Positions 62,997 to 64,000 of a stretch of DNA of 64,000 nt are shown one piece after another. The notes below the pieces were generated by a model. That model was given only the letters and a program-made list of their open reading frames with translations, was not told where the DNA came from and searched no databases. Origin of the DNA: Leptolyngbyaceae cyanobacterium (GTDB lineage: Bacteria; Cyanobacteriota; Cyanobacteriia; Phormidesmidales; Phormidesmidaceae). The translations under genes and the position numbers were made by a program. Each line of letters opens with the position of its first letter. Positions within the stretch are counted from its first letter, which is position 1. Location of the stretch: assembly GCA_965263355.1 (NCBI GenBank), contig CBDHHL010000032.1, positions 2,880,001-2,944,000 on the forward strand, written 5' to 3'.

Positions 62997-64000
62997 TTAT
63001 ACGGATCCGTTCCGTATCGCAGTGGTTGCTTGAGCCTTTTTATCCCAAAGGTGTAGACGTTCTGAAACACTTGTATAGGACTGGTTGTGGGGGCCAGTAT
63101 AAATTTGCGTAGGCCGGAAAATTCGATTTTCTGCGAGTTGTTCTTTCCAGTGGGCTAACCAACCGGCGACACGGGCGATCGCAAATATCGGTGTAAACAA
63201 ATCCGTTGGAATTCCTAGCTTTCGATAAACTAACCCTGAGTAAAAGTCCACGTTGGGATAAACACCTTTAGGTCCTAGACGCTCAGTGACAGCTGTTTCA
63301 AGCTCTAGAGCGATGTCATAGTATTCATCCCGGCCAAACTTATCAAATAGCTGTTCTGCGAGCCTTTGCAAAATGGCTGCTCGAGGATCTTTAACCTTAT
63401 AAACCCGATGGCCAAAGCCCATGATTTTTGCTTTACGAGCCATTCGATCTTCTACAAAGGGGCGAACATTTTCCACTGTTCCAATGTCTTGGAGCATTGC
63501 AATGACTTCTTCATTTGCACCACCGTGCAGGGGACCTGCTAAGGTGCCAACGGCTGATGCAACCACTGCATAAGGATCTGTCAACGTTGAAGCAGTTACC
63601 ATTGCCGAGAAGGTAGATGCGTTGATGGTATGCTCTGCATGCAGTGTGAGACATACATCAAAAATGCGAGCAGACAGAGGGTCAGGCACCTCCTCATTCA
63701 GCATATATAAGAAATTGGCTGCATAATCGAGATCATCGCGCGGCTGAACCGGATCATTACCCTTGCGAATCAGCTTAAAAGCAGCCACCATGGTCGGAAT
63801 TTTGGCTAACAATCGCACTACAGCTGCCTGGATATAAGCTGGATTTTCCAAAGCGCGACGGGAATAAAATAATCCTAAAGCAGCAGCACAGGCTTGCAAG
63901 GCATCCATGGGATGACCACTTTCAGGAAAGCATTTCATCATGTCGCGGATGCGATATTTCAACCGACGATGATGTTTGATTTCATCCTTAAAGGCTTCGA
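62997..64000 (-). CDS. gltA: Citrate synthase, 5' end beyond the window
   Basis: HPMD, LHAEHTINAST, GPLHGGANE, GFGHRVYK, YPNVDFYS; frame stays open to the window edge. Confidence 0.97.
   Translation of the reverse strand, partial: EAFKDEIKHHRRLKYRIRDMMKCFPESGHPMDALQACAAALGLFYSRRALENPAYIQAAVVRLLAKIPTMVAAFKLIRKGNDPVQPRDDLDYAANFLYMLNEEVPDPLSARIFDVCLTLHAEHTINASTFSAMVTASTLTDPYAVVASAVGTLAGPLHGGANEEVIAMLQDIGTVENVRPFVEDRMARKAKIMGFGHRVYKVKDPRAAILQRLAEQLFDKFGRDEYYDIALELETAVTERLGPKGVYPNVDFYSGLVYRKLGIPTDLFTPIFAIARVAGWLAHWKEQLAENRIFRPTQIYTGPHNQSYTSVSERLHLWDKKAQATTAIRNGSV

Overview
Core-chromosome window of a cyanobacterium, probably a filamentous Leptolyngbyaceae-like strain (inferred from HIP1 GCGATCGC sites, raf1, petJ, ndhAIGE and HpsE-like glycosyltransferases). 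0.2-19.7 kb: an AT-richer, HIP1-poor surface-polysaccharide cluster with GT2/GT4 enzymes, a GT2-EAL fusion, an NDP-sugar C-methyltransferase, an SDR, three sulfotransferase-like proteins and a stand-alone FkbH-carrier-thioesterase whose nucleophile is Cys. 19.8-26.9 kb: GH38 mannosidase, SSB-like gene, glgA. 27-33.4 kb: accessory patch with four Uma2 genes or fragments, an RHH gene, a pentapeptide gene broken beside an (Ala-Val)n microsatellite, and a GTAG-REP array. 33.5-41.4 kb: hydrolase, extended RecJ, an intergenic DnaA-box cluster (oriC candidate with no dnaA/dnaN in the window), a TPR gene and tRNA-Ala(GGC). 42.4-45.8 kb: an HTH-NACHT STAND gene divergent from NfeD-like and CxxC mini-genes across phased repeats. 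46-64 kb: raf1, recR, response regulator, lipA, MATE, metH, a small debris patch, petJ, ndhEGIA and partial gltA. Most striking: the FkbH module inside a glycan locus, the orphan DnaA-box cluster, the NACHT/NfeD/Zn-ribbon module and a G/T-to-C/A skew flip at most HIP1 sites. All calls are by eye; no searches were run.
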